Assembly: GCA_963766735.1 (NCBI GenBank)
Contig: CAVYBU010000008.1
Coordinates: forward strand, 64,001 to 128,000
Length of the DNA stretch: 64,000 nt
Direction of reading: 5' to 3'
From: an uncultured Chloroflexia bacterium
Lineage (GTDB): Bacteria; Chloroflexota; Limnocylindria; Limnocylindrales; CSP1-4
The notes beneath the pieces are model-generated. The model ran no database searches, was not told the DNA's origin, and saw nothing but the letters and a program-made list of their open reading frames with translations. The translations under genes were made by a program, and so were the position numbers. Positions 20,551 to 28,720 of the stretch are shown piece after piece (positions within the stretch are counted from its first letter, which is position 1; each line of letters begins with the position of its first letter).

Positions 20551-21501
20551 ATGTCCTGGTCTCCCCTCGCGCGCAGGCACTCGCTCGCGCTGATCCTCGC
20601 CGCCGCCTGCTGGGGGATCGGCACGGCCGTCAGCAAGCAGGCTGTCGCCGAAATCCCACCGCTCACCCTGCTCCCGGTCCAGCTCGCCGCCAGCGTCGGC
20701 CTCCTCTCCTTGGTCGCCCGTCGCCGTGGCGAGCACCTCGTCCGCGGCCGAGACGGCCGGCGGCTTGCCCGTCTCGGCCTCCTCAACCCAGGACTGGCCT
20801 ACGCGCTGAGCCTGCTCGGCCTGGCCCAGATCAGCGCCAGTCTCTCGGTCTTGGTGTGGGCCCTCGAGCCCGTGCTCATCCTCGTCCTGGCCGTACTGCT
20901 GCTCCGAGAGCGGCCTGGACTCGCGGTCGTCGCGCTGTCCGCGGTCGCGGTCGGCGGACTCATGCTCGTGCTCTACGACCCAGCGGCATCGGGGGCGATC
21001 CAGGGGATCCTCCTGACGATGGCCGGCGTCGGGTGCTGCGCCATCTACACGGTTGCTACGCGCCGCTGGCTGCCGGGGGTGGATTCGACCCTCGGAGTCG
21101 TCGTCGCCCAGCAGGCGCACGCGCTCGGCTTCGCCGTCGGGCTCCTGGTCGTCGCTGCCATCGCAGGTGTCCCGGTCCTGCCGGTGGCGCTTACGCCGCT
21201 CGGCGTCGCAAGCACCGTCGTCTCGGGGCTCGTCTACTACGGCCTCGCCTATGCGTTCTACCTCTCGGGCCTGCGCTGGGTCCCGGCTTCGATCGCCGCC
21301 ATGTCCTTCTACCTGATCCCTGTGTTCGGGATCGCAGCCGCGAGCCTGTTCGGCGACCGGCTTTCGCCACTCCAGTGGGCAGGCTCGATCGTTGTCGTCG
21401 TCGCGGTGGGGTTCGTCACCGTGCGGAGCGCGGTCATGGAAGCACCGCGTGTGGTTCCCTCGATCCGCCCAACGGAGACGGACCGGCACACGGGCGAGTA
21501 G
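20551..21501 (+). CDS. DMT/EamA-family transporter
   Basis: LILAAACWG, two EamA repeats, LLLRER, YLIPVFG; about 10 TMs. Confidence 0.92.
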   Translation: MSWSPLARRHSLALILAAACWGIGTAVSKQAVAEIPPLTLLPVQLAASVGLLSLVARRRGEHLVRGRDGRRLARLGLLNPGLAYALSLLGLAQISASLSVLVWALEPVLILVLAVLLLRERPGLAVVALSAVAVGGLMLVLYDPAASGAIQGILLTMAGVGCCAIYTVATRRWLPGVDSTLGVVVAQQAHALGFAVGLLVVAAIAGVPVLPVALTPLGVASTVVSGLVYYGLAYAFYLSGLRWVPASIAAMSFYLIPVFGIAAASLFGDRLSPLQWAGSIVVVVAVGFVTVRSAVMEAPRVVPSIRPTETDRHTGE

Positions 21502-21571
21502 CCAATATGGTGACCAGAAGCGTTGCAGCACTCACCCCGGCGCGGCTGCGGGAACGATTCGGCCGCCCGCG

Positions 21572-22918
21572 CTACCCGGCGTCCGCGAGGACCACCTCGG
21601 GCATGCCGGCGGGCTCGCCGGCCTCCACCCAGAGTGCCAGCGACTCCCGGCTGAACAGCTGATCAACGACCATCGCGGATCCGCCGATGACACCGGCCAG
21701 GCTCCCAAGCGAGGAGCGCTGGACCAGGAGATCACGGGTCGCAAGCGGCAGCCCGCGGCTGTAGACCACCTCCCGGATCGACGCGAGGAGGACGTCGCCG
21801 CTCTGCGCCACGCCCCCGCCGATGACGACCAGCGACGGGTTGAAGAAGTTCACGACGCTCGCGAGCATCAACCCCACCCTGCGTCCGGCGGCCTGCAGCA
21901 GGTCCACCGCGACGGCGTCGCCGAACGAGGCCGCCAGCGCGACGTCCTCGGCGGTCACCACACCGTGCGCATCCAGGATCGCCAGCAGCCGGGGGCTGCG
22001 GCCGTCGCGCGCCGCCGCCTCCCCGTCCCGCCCGATGGCCTCACCCCCAGCCAGTGCCTCGAGGCAACCCTCATTGCCGCAGCGGCACACCACCGAACGG
22101 TCGTCCGAGACGTGGATGTGACCGACATCCCCGGCCGAGCCCTGGGCGCCACGATGGAGACGCCCGTCGGAGATGACCCCGGCTCCGATGCCCGTCCCGA
22201 TCTTGACCACGATCACGTTCCTGTGACCGGCCGCCACGCCCGCCCGCAACTCGCCGAGGGCCATGGCGTTGACGTCGTTGTCCACCCAGACGGGCGCCCC
22301 GTATCGGGCCGCGAGCCGCTCGCGAACCGGGTAGTTGTCCCAGCCGGGCATGATCGAGGGGAAGATGGGCCGGCCCGTGCGGAACTCCACGGGCCCCGGG
22401 ACGCCCACGCCGATGCCCCACAGGCGCCCTGGCAGCCTCCTCCGGGCGGCGCTCAGATCATCGAACAGCTCCTCCACACGTGCGAGCGCGACCTCCGGAC
22501 CCGCTGCGATGCTGGCCGGCTCGTCCACGTGTGCGAGGATCCTGCCGTCCAGCGTGGTGGCGGCCACGTCAATGCTCGTCGCACCCAGGTCAGCCACCAG
22601 CACATGGCCGGCGTCGCCGCGGAACGTGAGCTGGCGCGGCGGCCGCCCGCCGGTGCTCGGTCCGCGCTCCCCCTCGAGCACCAGGCCACGCTCGAGGAGC
22701 TCGCCGACGCGTTGGGCGACGACGCCCCGCGATAGCCCGGTGCGACCGACGAGATCGCCGCGTGACCGGGCGCGCCCCAGCCGGACTGCATCCAGGACGG
22801 TGACGAGGGCGTCCAGCGTCTCCTCCGGGAGCGGGCCAGGATCTCCGGCAGGCAGCGACCCGAGCGAATCGGCCTGGGGCCGGCCGGGGTTGGGTCGGGG
22901 AGTCGAATGGTCGCCCAC
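21572..22918 (-). CDS. ROK-family transcriptional repressor (NagC/XylR-like)
   Basis: N-terminal HTH SRGDLVGRTGLSR, STGGRPP, GVPGPV, DNDVN, CRCGNEGCLEA; start is approximate. Confidence 0.92.
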   Translation of the reverse strand: MGDHSTPRPNPGRPQADSLGSLPAGDPGPLPEETLDALVTVLDAVRLGRARSRGDLVGRTGLSRGVVAQRVGELLERGLVLEGERGPSTGGRPPRQLTFRGDAGHVLVADLGATSIDVAATTLDGRILAHVDEPASIAAGPEVALARVEELFDDLSAARRRLPGRLWGIGVGVPGPVEFRTGRPIFPSIMPGWDNYPVRERLAARYGAPVWVDNDVNAMALGELRAGVAAGHRNVIVVKIGTGIGAGVISDGRLHRGAQGSAGDVGHIHVSDDRSVVCRCGNEGCLEALAGGEAIGRDGEAAARDGRSPRLLAILDAHGVVTAEDVALAASFGDAVAVDLLQAAGRRVGLMLASVVNFFNPSLVVIGGGVAQSGDVLLASIREVVYSRGLPLATRDLLVQRSSLGSLAGVIGGSAMVVDQLFSRESLALWVEAGEPAGMPEVVLADAG

Positions 22919-22958
22919 GGCGCAGATCCTACACGCGGGCGGACGCGTCCGGGATTCG

Positions 22959-22990
22959 CTTTTGCACTTGACGGGCAGAAGTAGCATGAT
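22959..22990 (+). promoter_or_regulatory. Sigma70-like promoter (TTGCAC-17-CATGAT) overlapped by inverted repeat CTTTTGC-N9-GCAGAAG, candidate ROK operator
   Basis: Directly visible in the divergent region between the ROK repressor and the sugar operon. Confidence 0.6.
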
Positions 22991-23076
22991 GGGCGGACGA
23001 ACGCGGAGGGCCCCGGGAACGGGGAGGAGGCGGCGGCCCGGCGGTCATCCGCAGCTCTCGCCTTCCTCGACCCTCT

Positions 23077-23092
23077 AGTTGTATAGACTGGT
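23077..23092. promoter_or_regulatory. dre-like site AGTTGTATAGACTGGT, candidate DasR/NagR (GntR-HutC) operator
   Basis: GTATAGAC core plus AGTTGT half-site; lies in leader of an operon that encodes a GntR-UTRA regulator and nagA. Confidence 0.6.
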
Positions 23093-23133
23093 TGCCGCCG
23101 GGTACCGGAGGCGCAGGAGGTCAGCCACCCGCC

Positions 23134-24294
23134 ATGTCGCGTCGCAGCGAGGTCGCCACCGCCGTCATCGGGAGCGGCTTCATCGGCACCGTTCACATCG
23201 AGGCGCTCCGCCGCATTGGCGTCCGGGTCGCCGGCCTGCTGGAATCGTCGCCGGAGCTGGGTGCCACCCGCGCCGCGGAGTTGGGCCTGCCGCGCGCCTA
23301 CGGGAGCCTGGATGAGCTTCTCGCTGACGATGCGGTCCGGGTCGTGCACGTCACGTCGCCCAACGAGCTGCACCACCCGCAGGTCAAGGCGATCCTGGCG
23401 GCCGGGAAGCACGTCATCTGCGAGAAGCCTCTGGCGATGACGTCAGCCGAGTCCGCGGAGCTGGTGCGGCTTGCCGGGGCGAGCGGCCTCGTCAACGCCG
23501 TCAACTTCAACATCCGCTTCTACCCGCTCAACCAGCACGTCGCGTCGCTGGTGGCCGACGGCGGCGTTGGCGACGTTCGTTTCGTCACCGGGCGCTACTT
23601 CCAGGACTGGCTCCTCTACGACACGGACTGGAACTGGCGCCTGGAGAAGGACCAGGGCGGAGTCCTGCGTGCCGTCGGCGACATCGGCTCGCACTGGCTG
23701 GACCTGACGAGCTTCCTCACGGGCCTCCGGGTCGAGGCCGTCATGGCCGACCTCACGACGTTCATCCCGGTCCGCCAGAAGCCCGCGGGCCCGGTGCTCA
23801 CGTATTCCACGGAGCGGGCCGCGGAGACGGTCCCCGTCGAGATCCACACGGAGGACGTGGCGACGATCCTCCTGCGCTTCGAGGGCGGCGCCCGCGGCAG
23901 CGTCGCGATCTCGCAGCTCAGCCCGGGGCGCAAGAACAGCCTCGCCTACCAGATCGACGGCGCCTCCTCCGCCGTTGCCTGGGATTCGGAGCAGCCGGAC
24001 TCGCTGTGGATTGGTCACCGCGACCGTCCCAACGAGCTGCTGCTCCGGAACCCGGCGTTGATGAACGGCGCGGGCGCAGCGGCGGCCCGGCTGCCGGGCG
24101 GCCACGTGGAGGGCTTCGCCGACACGTTCGGCGCCGTGTTCAGCGCGGTCTACGACGACGTGATCGCCGGACGGCCATCGTCCGCACCGCGCTACGCGAC
24201 GTTCGCCGACGGCCACGAGGAGATGCTCGTGGGGGACGCGGTTCTCGAGAGCTCGAGCAGCGGCCGCTGGGTTGCGATCGCCAGGACCGCATGA
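23134..24294 (+). CDS. Gfo/Idh/MocA-family oxidoreductase
   Basis: IGSGFIG, TSPNELH, CEKPLA, GDIGSHWLD; AGGAGG RBS. Confidence 0.93.
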   Translation: MSRRSEVATAVIGSGFIGTVHIEALRRIGVRVAGLLESSPELGATRAAELGLPRAYGSLDELLADDAVRVVHVTSPNELHHPQVKAILAAGKHVICEKPLAMTSAESAELVRLAGASGLVNAVNFNIRFYPLNQHVASLVADGGVGDVRFVTGRYFQDWLLYDTDWNWRLEKDQGGVLRAVGDIGSHWLDLTSFLTGLRVEAVMADLTTFIPVRQKPAGPVLTYSTERAAETVPVEIHTEDVATILLRFEGGARGSVAISQLSPGRKNSLAYQIDGASSAVAWDSEQPDSLWIGHRDRPNELLLRNPALMNGAGAAAARLPGGHVEGFADTFGAVFSAVYDDVIAGRPSSAPRYATFADGHEEMLVGDAVLESSSSGRWVAIARTA

Positions 24295-24337
24295 GAGACG
24301 CAACCCGCACCCAGTCACGCCTGGAGGTTCAGCAGCG

Positions 24338-25252
24338 ATGAAGCTCGGCTTCCTCACCGCCCCCTTCCCCGAGACGCCGCTGATGGAGGTTGCCGACTGG
24401 GCCGCCGCCAGCGGCTTCGAGGTTCTCGAGGTCGCCTGCTGGCCCCGGTCCTCGGGCCCCACCCGCCGGTATGCGGGCACCAGCCACATCGACGTCGCGA
24501 ACCTGTCCGCCTCGCAGGCGACCGAGATCCGCGACGAGGTCGCGTCCAAGGGCCTCGACATCTCCGGGCTCGGCTTCTACCCCAACCCGCTCCACCCGGA
24601 CCCGGCCCATCGCGAGCAGGTCATCGGCCACCTGAAGCACGTCATCACGGCGGCCGAGAAGATGGACATCCCGCTCGTGAACACGTTCATGGGCGGCGAC
24701 GGGGCGAAGAACCAGGACCAGAACTGGGAAGCCGCCCTCGAGGTCTGGCCGGACATCGTGAAGTTCGCCCAGGACCACGGCCGGAAGATCACGCTCGAGA
24801 ACTGCCCGATGCTGTTCTCGTATGACGAGTGGCCGGGCGGTCACAACATCGCCACCACGCCCCGCATGTGGCGCCGGATCCTGGAGCAGTGGGGCGGCAC
24901 GATCGGGCTCAACTTCGATCCGAGCCATCTCATCCTGCAGATGATCGACATGCGCCGATTCCTCAAGGAGTTCGGGCCGCACGTCCTCCACTTCCAGGCC
25001 AAGGACCTGATGATCGACGTCGACGGGCTCTACGAGCGCGGCGTGTTCTCGATGGGCATCGGCTGGCAGATCCCGCGGATCCCCGGCCTCGGCGAGGTGG
25101 ACTGGAGCGTCGTGTTCAGCGAGCTCTATCGCCAGGGCTTCGAAGGCGACTGCATCATCGAGCACGAAGACCGGCGGTTCGAGGGCTCGGACGAGAAGGT
25201 CAAGCAGGGCTTCCTCATCGCTCGCGACATCCTCCGCCCGTACTGCCGCTGA
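24338..25252 (+). CDS. Sugar-phosphate isomerase/epimerase (IolE/xylose-isomerase-like TIM barrel)
   Basis: LENCPM, GLNFDPSHL, HFQAKD, PGLGEVDW, IEHED metal ligands. Confidence 0.9.
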   Translation: MKLGFLTAPFPETPLMEVADWAAASGFEVLEVACWPRSSGPTRRYAGTSHIDVANLSASQATEIRDEVASKGLDISGLGFYPNPLHPDPAHREQVIGHLKHVITAAEKMDIPLVNTFMGGDGAKNQDQNWEAALEVWPDIVKFAQDHGRKITLENCPMLFSYDEWPGGHNIATTPRMWRRILEQWGGTIGLNFDPSHLILQMIDMRRFLKEFGPHVLHFQAKDLMIDVDGLYERGVFSMGIGWQIPRIPGLGEVDWSVVFSELYRQGFEGDCIIEHEDRRFEGSDEKVKQGFLIARDILRPYCR

Positions 25253-25272
25253 TAACCCGGACCAGGAGCTCC

Positions 25273-26016
25273 ATGACCCTCTCCATCGACAACCTCACCG
25301 AGCGCGACATCGCGAAGACCATCGACCACAGCCTGCTCCGGCCGGAGCTGGACGACGCGTTCGTCGCCGATGGCTGCCGGCTGGCGGCGAAGTACGACGT
25401 CGCCTCGGTCTGCGTCCGGCCCGCGGACGTCTGCCGGGCGAAGGCGATCCTCGACGGCACCGATGTCGCCGTCGGGACCACGATCGGCTTCCCGCACGGC
25501 AACCACACGACCGAAATCAAGGTCGCGGAGGCGAGGCGCGCTCTCGACGACGGCGCCACCGAGCTGGACATGGTCCTCCAGATCGGAGCGCTCAAGTCCG
25601 GGCGGGACGCCGAGGTGGAGGCCGACATCCGGGCCGTCGTGGAGGTCGCCCACGCTGCCGGGGCGATCGTCAAGGTGATCTTCGAGAACGCCTACCTGAC
25701 CGACGATGAGAAGGTCCGCGCCTGCCGCCTGACGGAGGCCGCCGGCGGCGACTTCGTCAAGACCAGCACAGGCTTCGCACCCTCCGGGGCCACGCACGAC
25801 GACCTCCGCCTGATGCGAGCGAACACCTCGCCGCACGTCCAGGTGAAGGCGGCGGGCGGCGTCCGGACCCTGGACGCGCTCCTTGATGTGATGGAGCTGG
25901 GCGTGACCCGCATCGGGGCCACGGCCACCGAGGCCATGATCCTGGACTTCCGGGCACGCAAGGCCGGTTCCGCCACGCCGGCCGGAGCCGCGACCGGAGA
26001 GAGGGGCGGCTACTGA
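25273..26016 (+). CDS. deoC: Deoxyribose-phosphate aldolase
   Basis: IDHSLLRP, IGFPHG, ELDMV, KVIFE, FVKTSTGF, KAAGGVR, RIGAT. Confidence 0.93.
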   Translation: MTLSIDNLTERDIAKTIDHSLLRPELDDAFVADGCRLAAKYDVASVCVRPADVCRAKAILDGTDVAVGTTIGFPHGNHTTEIKVAEARRALDDGATELDMVLQIGALKSGRDAEVEADIRAVVEVAHAAGAIVKVIFENAYLTDDEKVRACRLTEAAGGDFVKTSTGFAPSGATHDDLRLMRANTSPHVQVKAAGGVRTLDALLDVMELGVTRIGATATEAMILDFRARKAGSATPAGAATGERGGY

Positions 26017-27107
26017 TGCAGGCTGTTGGCGTCGGGATGCTCGGGTCAGGGTTCATCGGCGAGTTCCATGCGCTCGGCCTCCGCTACATCGAGGGCGCGC
26101 GGGTCGTGGTCAACTGCGACGCCAACCCCGACCGGCGGGAGGCGTTCGCCGCGCGGTTCGGGAGCCGGCCCTGCGCGTCGATCGAGGAGATGTGCGGGGA
26201 TCCGGACGTCGACCTGGTGATCGTGTCGCTTCCGAACCACCTGCATCGCGAGGCGGTGCTCGCCGCGGCCTCGGCCGGCAAGGCCGTCGCCTGCACGAAG
26301 CCGCTGGGCCGGAACGCGGACGAGGCGGCGGACATGCTCCGCGCCGTGACGGATGCTGGCGTCTTCAACGCCTACCTCGAGAACGTGATCTTCAACCCGG
26401 ACCTGCTTCGGATGCGGGACATGGTGGTGGCGGGCTCCATCGGCCGGCTCACGACCGTCCGCGCCCGCGAGGGCCACTCCGGTCCGCATGCCCAGCACTT
26501 CTGGGACGCGGAGCTCGCCGGTGGCGGCGCGCTGCTGGACATGGCGTCCCACGGCGCCGAGTACGCGCGCTTCCTGTTCGGCAAGGACCTGGCGGTGACC
26601 GAGGTGTTCGCGTGGGGCGCCACCCTGGTCCACGGCGACCGGACCACCGGCGAGGACAACGCGATGATGGTGATGCGCTTTGCTGACGGGCGGGCGGCCA
26701 CCATCGACGTGTCGTGGTCGTCACGGGGCGGTCTCGAGGGCCGCTTCGAGGCGTACGGCGACGCCGGCCGGCTGATCACCGACATCAGCGTGGGTTCCCT
26801 GAAGGCCTTCGTGGAGCGGCCAGCGGGCTATCTCGTCGAGAAGGCCGACGCCGAGACGGGCTGGGTCTTCCCGGTCCCGGACGAGGTGCGCGTTCACGGC
26901 CACGACCTCATGATGGCGGACGTGATCGATGCCTTCCGCACCGGCCGCGCGCCGCGCGAGACGTTCCGCGACGGCTACGTCGTGAACGGGATCCTGGACG
27001 CCGCCTACCGCTCGATGCGGAGCGGCCGGTGGGAGCCCGTGACCACGGACGACGCCCTGCTGGCGACCACCGCGACCGCCCCGCCAGCCTCCGGGGCAAC
27101 CGCGTGA
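26016..27107 (+). CDS. Gfo/Idh/MocA-family oxidoreductase, paralog of 18410-19606
   Basis: LGSGFIG, LPNHLH, TKPLG, GGALLDMASH; shares HxGPH..FWD and EKA....GWxFPV.DE with the 18410 gene. Confidence 0.92.
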   Translation: MQAVGVGMLGSGFIGEFHALGLRYIEGARVVVNCDANPDRREAFAARFGSRPCASIEEMCGDPDVDLVIVSLPNHLHREAVLAAASAGKAVACTKPLGRNADEAADMLRAVTDAGVFNAYLENVIFNPDLLRMRDMVVAGSIGRLTTVRAREGHSGPHAQHFWDAELAGGGALLDMASHGAEYARFLFGKDLAVTEVFAWGATLVHGDRTTGEDNAMMVMRFADGRAATIDVSWSSRGGLEGRFEAYGDAGRLITDISVGSLKAFVERPAGYLVEKADAETGWVFPVPDEVRVHGHDLMMADVIDAFRTGRAPRETFRDGYVVNGILDAAYRSMRSGRWEPVTTDDALLATTATAPPASGATA

Positions 27108-27382
27108 CGGCCGCTGCGGCCTGGCCGCACGGGGACGCATTGGTGACCATCGGCGGCCTGGACAGTCCGGTTGGACCGGGGTCCACCAGGGGCGCAGTCG
27201 CCATCGTCAACGCCATCAAGGTCCAGACCACCGAGCCCCTCGCGGGGCGCGGGGCGATGCCACCGGTCATCACGTGCGCAAACGCCGTGGGCGCCGGGCG
27301 GTCGAGGACCCTGTTCGATGAACCCAATCGAGAGCATGCGCGGCGGCTCGCCCGTGCGATCGGCCAGCAAGGAGGTGGGTGA
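27104..27382 (+). pseudogene. Internally deleted SIS-domain (UPF0309-like) sugar isomerase remnant
   Basis: 92 aa: short N-terminus MTAAAAW fused to GDALVTIGGLDSPVGPGST...PPVIT...REHARR, resembling the C-terminus of SIS_2 proteins; GTGA-coupled in operon. Confidence 0.65.
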
Positions 27383-27475
27383 CGGACCAACCAGGTCGAT
27401 GCAGCGCATGATGTCCATGGCGGACCTTGCTCCACTGATGGAGCGCCCGGCCGCCGCAAGGAGGAGAACCAGTCT

Positions 27476-28648
27476 ATGAAGCACTTGGGAAAGACCCGCG
27501 GCCTCGTCGCCCTGGCGGCGATCGCGGTCATTGCGGGGGCGTGCGGTAGCTCTGCTGCCACGACGGCCCCGGCGACGGCGGCCCCGGCCACCGCGGCTCC
27601 GGAGAGCATGGCTCCGGCCACCGAGGCCCCGTCGGCCGAGGCCATGACCTACAAGATCGGCTACTCGAACGGCGGCGGCGTCGGCAACGGCTTCCGCGAG
27701 GAGCAGGTCTGCACCGCCAAGGCGCAGGCGCTGGCCTCCGGCCAGGTCTCCGAGCTGATCACGATCCACCGCAACACGGACGCCGCCGGCCAGCTCCAGG
27801 ACATCCGCGACCTGATCGCAGCGGGCGTGGACGCGATCGTCTTCAACCCGAACGACCCCGACGCTCTCAACCCGGCGCTCGAGGAGGCCAAGGCGGCCGG
27901 CATCATCACCGTCGCGGTTGATGCCTATACCACCAACCCGGACACCTACAACCTCTACAACAACCAGATCGACTACGCCTACCTCGGCGCCAAGTGGCTG
28001 TTCGAGCAGATGGGCGGCAGCGGCAACGTCTACTACATGCGCGGCTTCGCCGGCCATCCCGCGGACAACGACCGCGACATCGGCTTCAAGAAGGCGCTCG
28101 CCGAGTACCCGGGCATCAAGATCCTCCCGAACGACGACGGCGTCCACACCGGCTGGGATCCGGCGACCACCACCCAGCTGATCAACGACTGGATCGCCAG
28201 CGGCTCCTACGACGACACCCAGGGCATCTGGACGTCGGGCATGGACTCGCAGGTCGTTGACGCCATCAAGGCCGCCAACAAGGACTTCGTGCCGATCGTC
28301 GGTGCCGACCTCGGCGCCTTCGTGGCCCAGCTCCTCAACCCCACCGACTACCCGAACCTCGAGGGCGTCGCCGTGACCAACACCGCCGCCGTCGGCGGCG
28401 CCGGCATCGGGCTCGCGCTCAAGCTCCTCAACAGCGAGTCGGTCACGACCGATTCGTCCGCCACCCAGCCGAACACCGTCCTCCTGACCCCCGTCGCGGC
28501 CGACAACGTGACCGACGCCGGCAAGGCGCTTCTCGCGTCCTGGCAGGTCGACGGCCTCGATCCCAACTGGCCGCTCGGCCTCCAGATCGAAGGTTTCACC
28601 ACGTACACCCCCGAGCAGGCCGTCGCCTGCAAGGGCCCGGGCGAGTAA
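27476..28648 (+). CDS. Sugar ABC transporter substrate-binding lipoprotein (RbsB-like)
   Basis: Lipobox IAGAC, A/T/P linker, QLQDIRDLIAAGVDAIVFNP; AAGGAGG RBS. Confidence 0.92.
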   Translation: MKHLGKTRGLVALAAIAVIAGACGSSAATTAPATAAPATAAPESMAPATEAPSAEAMTYKIGYSNGGGVGNGFREEQVCTAKAQALASGQVSELITIHRNTDAAGQLQDIRDLIAAGVDAIVFNPNDPDALNPALEEAKAAGIITVAVDAYTTNPDTYNLYNNQIDYAYLGAKWLFEQMGGSGNVYYMRGFAGHPADNDRDIGFKKALAEYPGIKILPNDDGVHTGWDPATTTQLINDWIASGSYDDTQGIWTSGMDSQVVDAIKAANKDFVPIVGADLGAFVAQLLNPTDYPNLEGVAVTNTAAVGGAGIGLALKLLNSESVTTDSSATQPNTVLLTPVAADNVTDAGKALLASWQVDGLDPNWPLGLQIEGFTTYTPEQAVACKGPGE

Positions 28649-28674
28649 CCTCCCCGAGTCATCTCGGAACACCT

Positions 28675-28703
28675 GGGAGATGCCGGCTCGTCCGGCATCT
28701 CCC
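28675..28703 (+). other. Intra-operon stem-loop after the SBP gene (mRNA stabiliser or partial terminator)
   Basis: GGGAGATGCCGG-CTCGT-CCGGCATCTCCC, 12-bp stem followed by GTTTCT. Confidence 0.7.
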
Positions 28704-28720
28704 GTTTCTGCAGGGGACGC

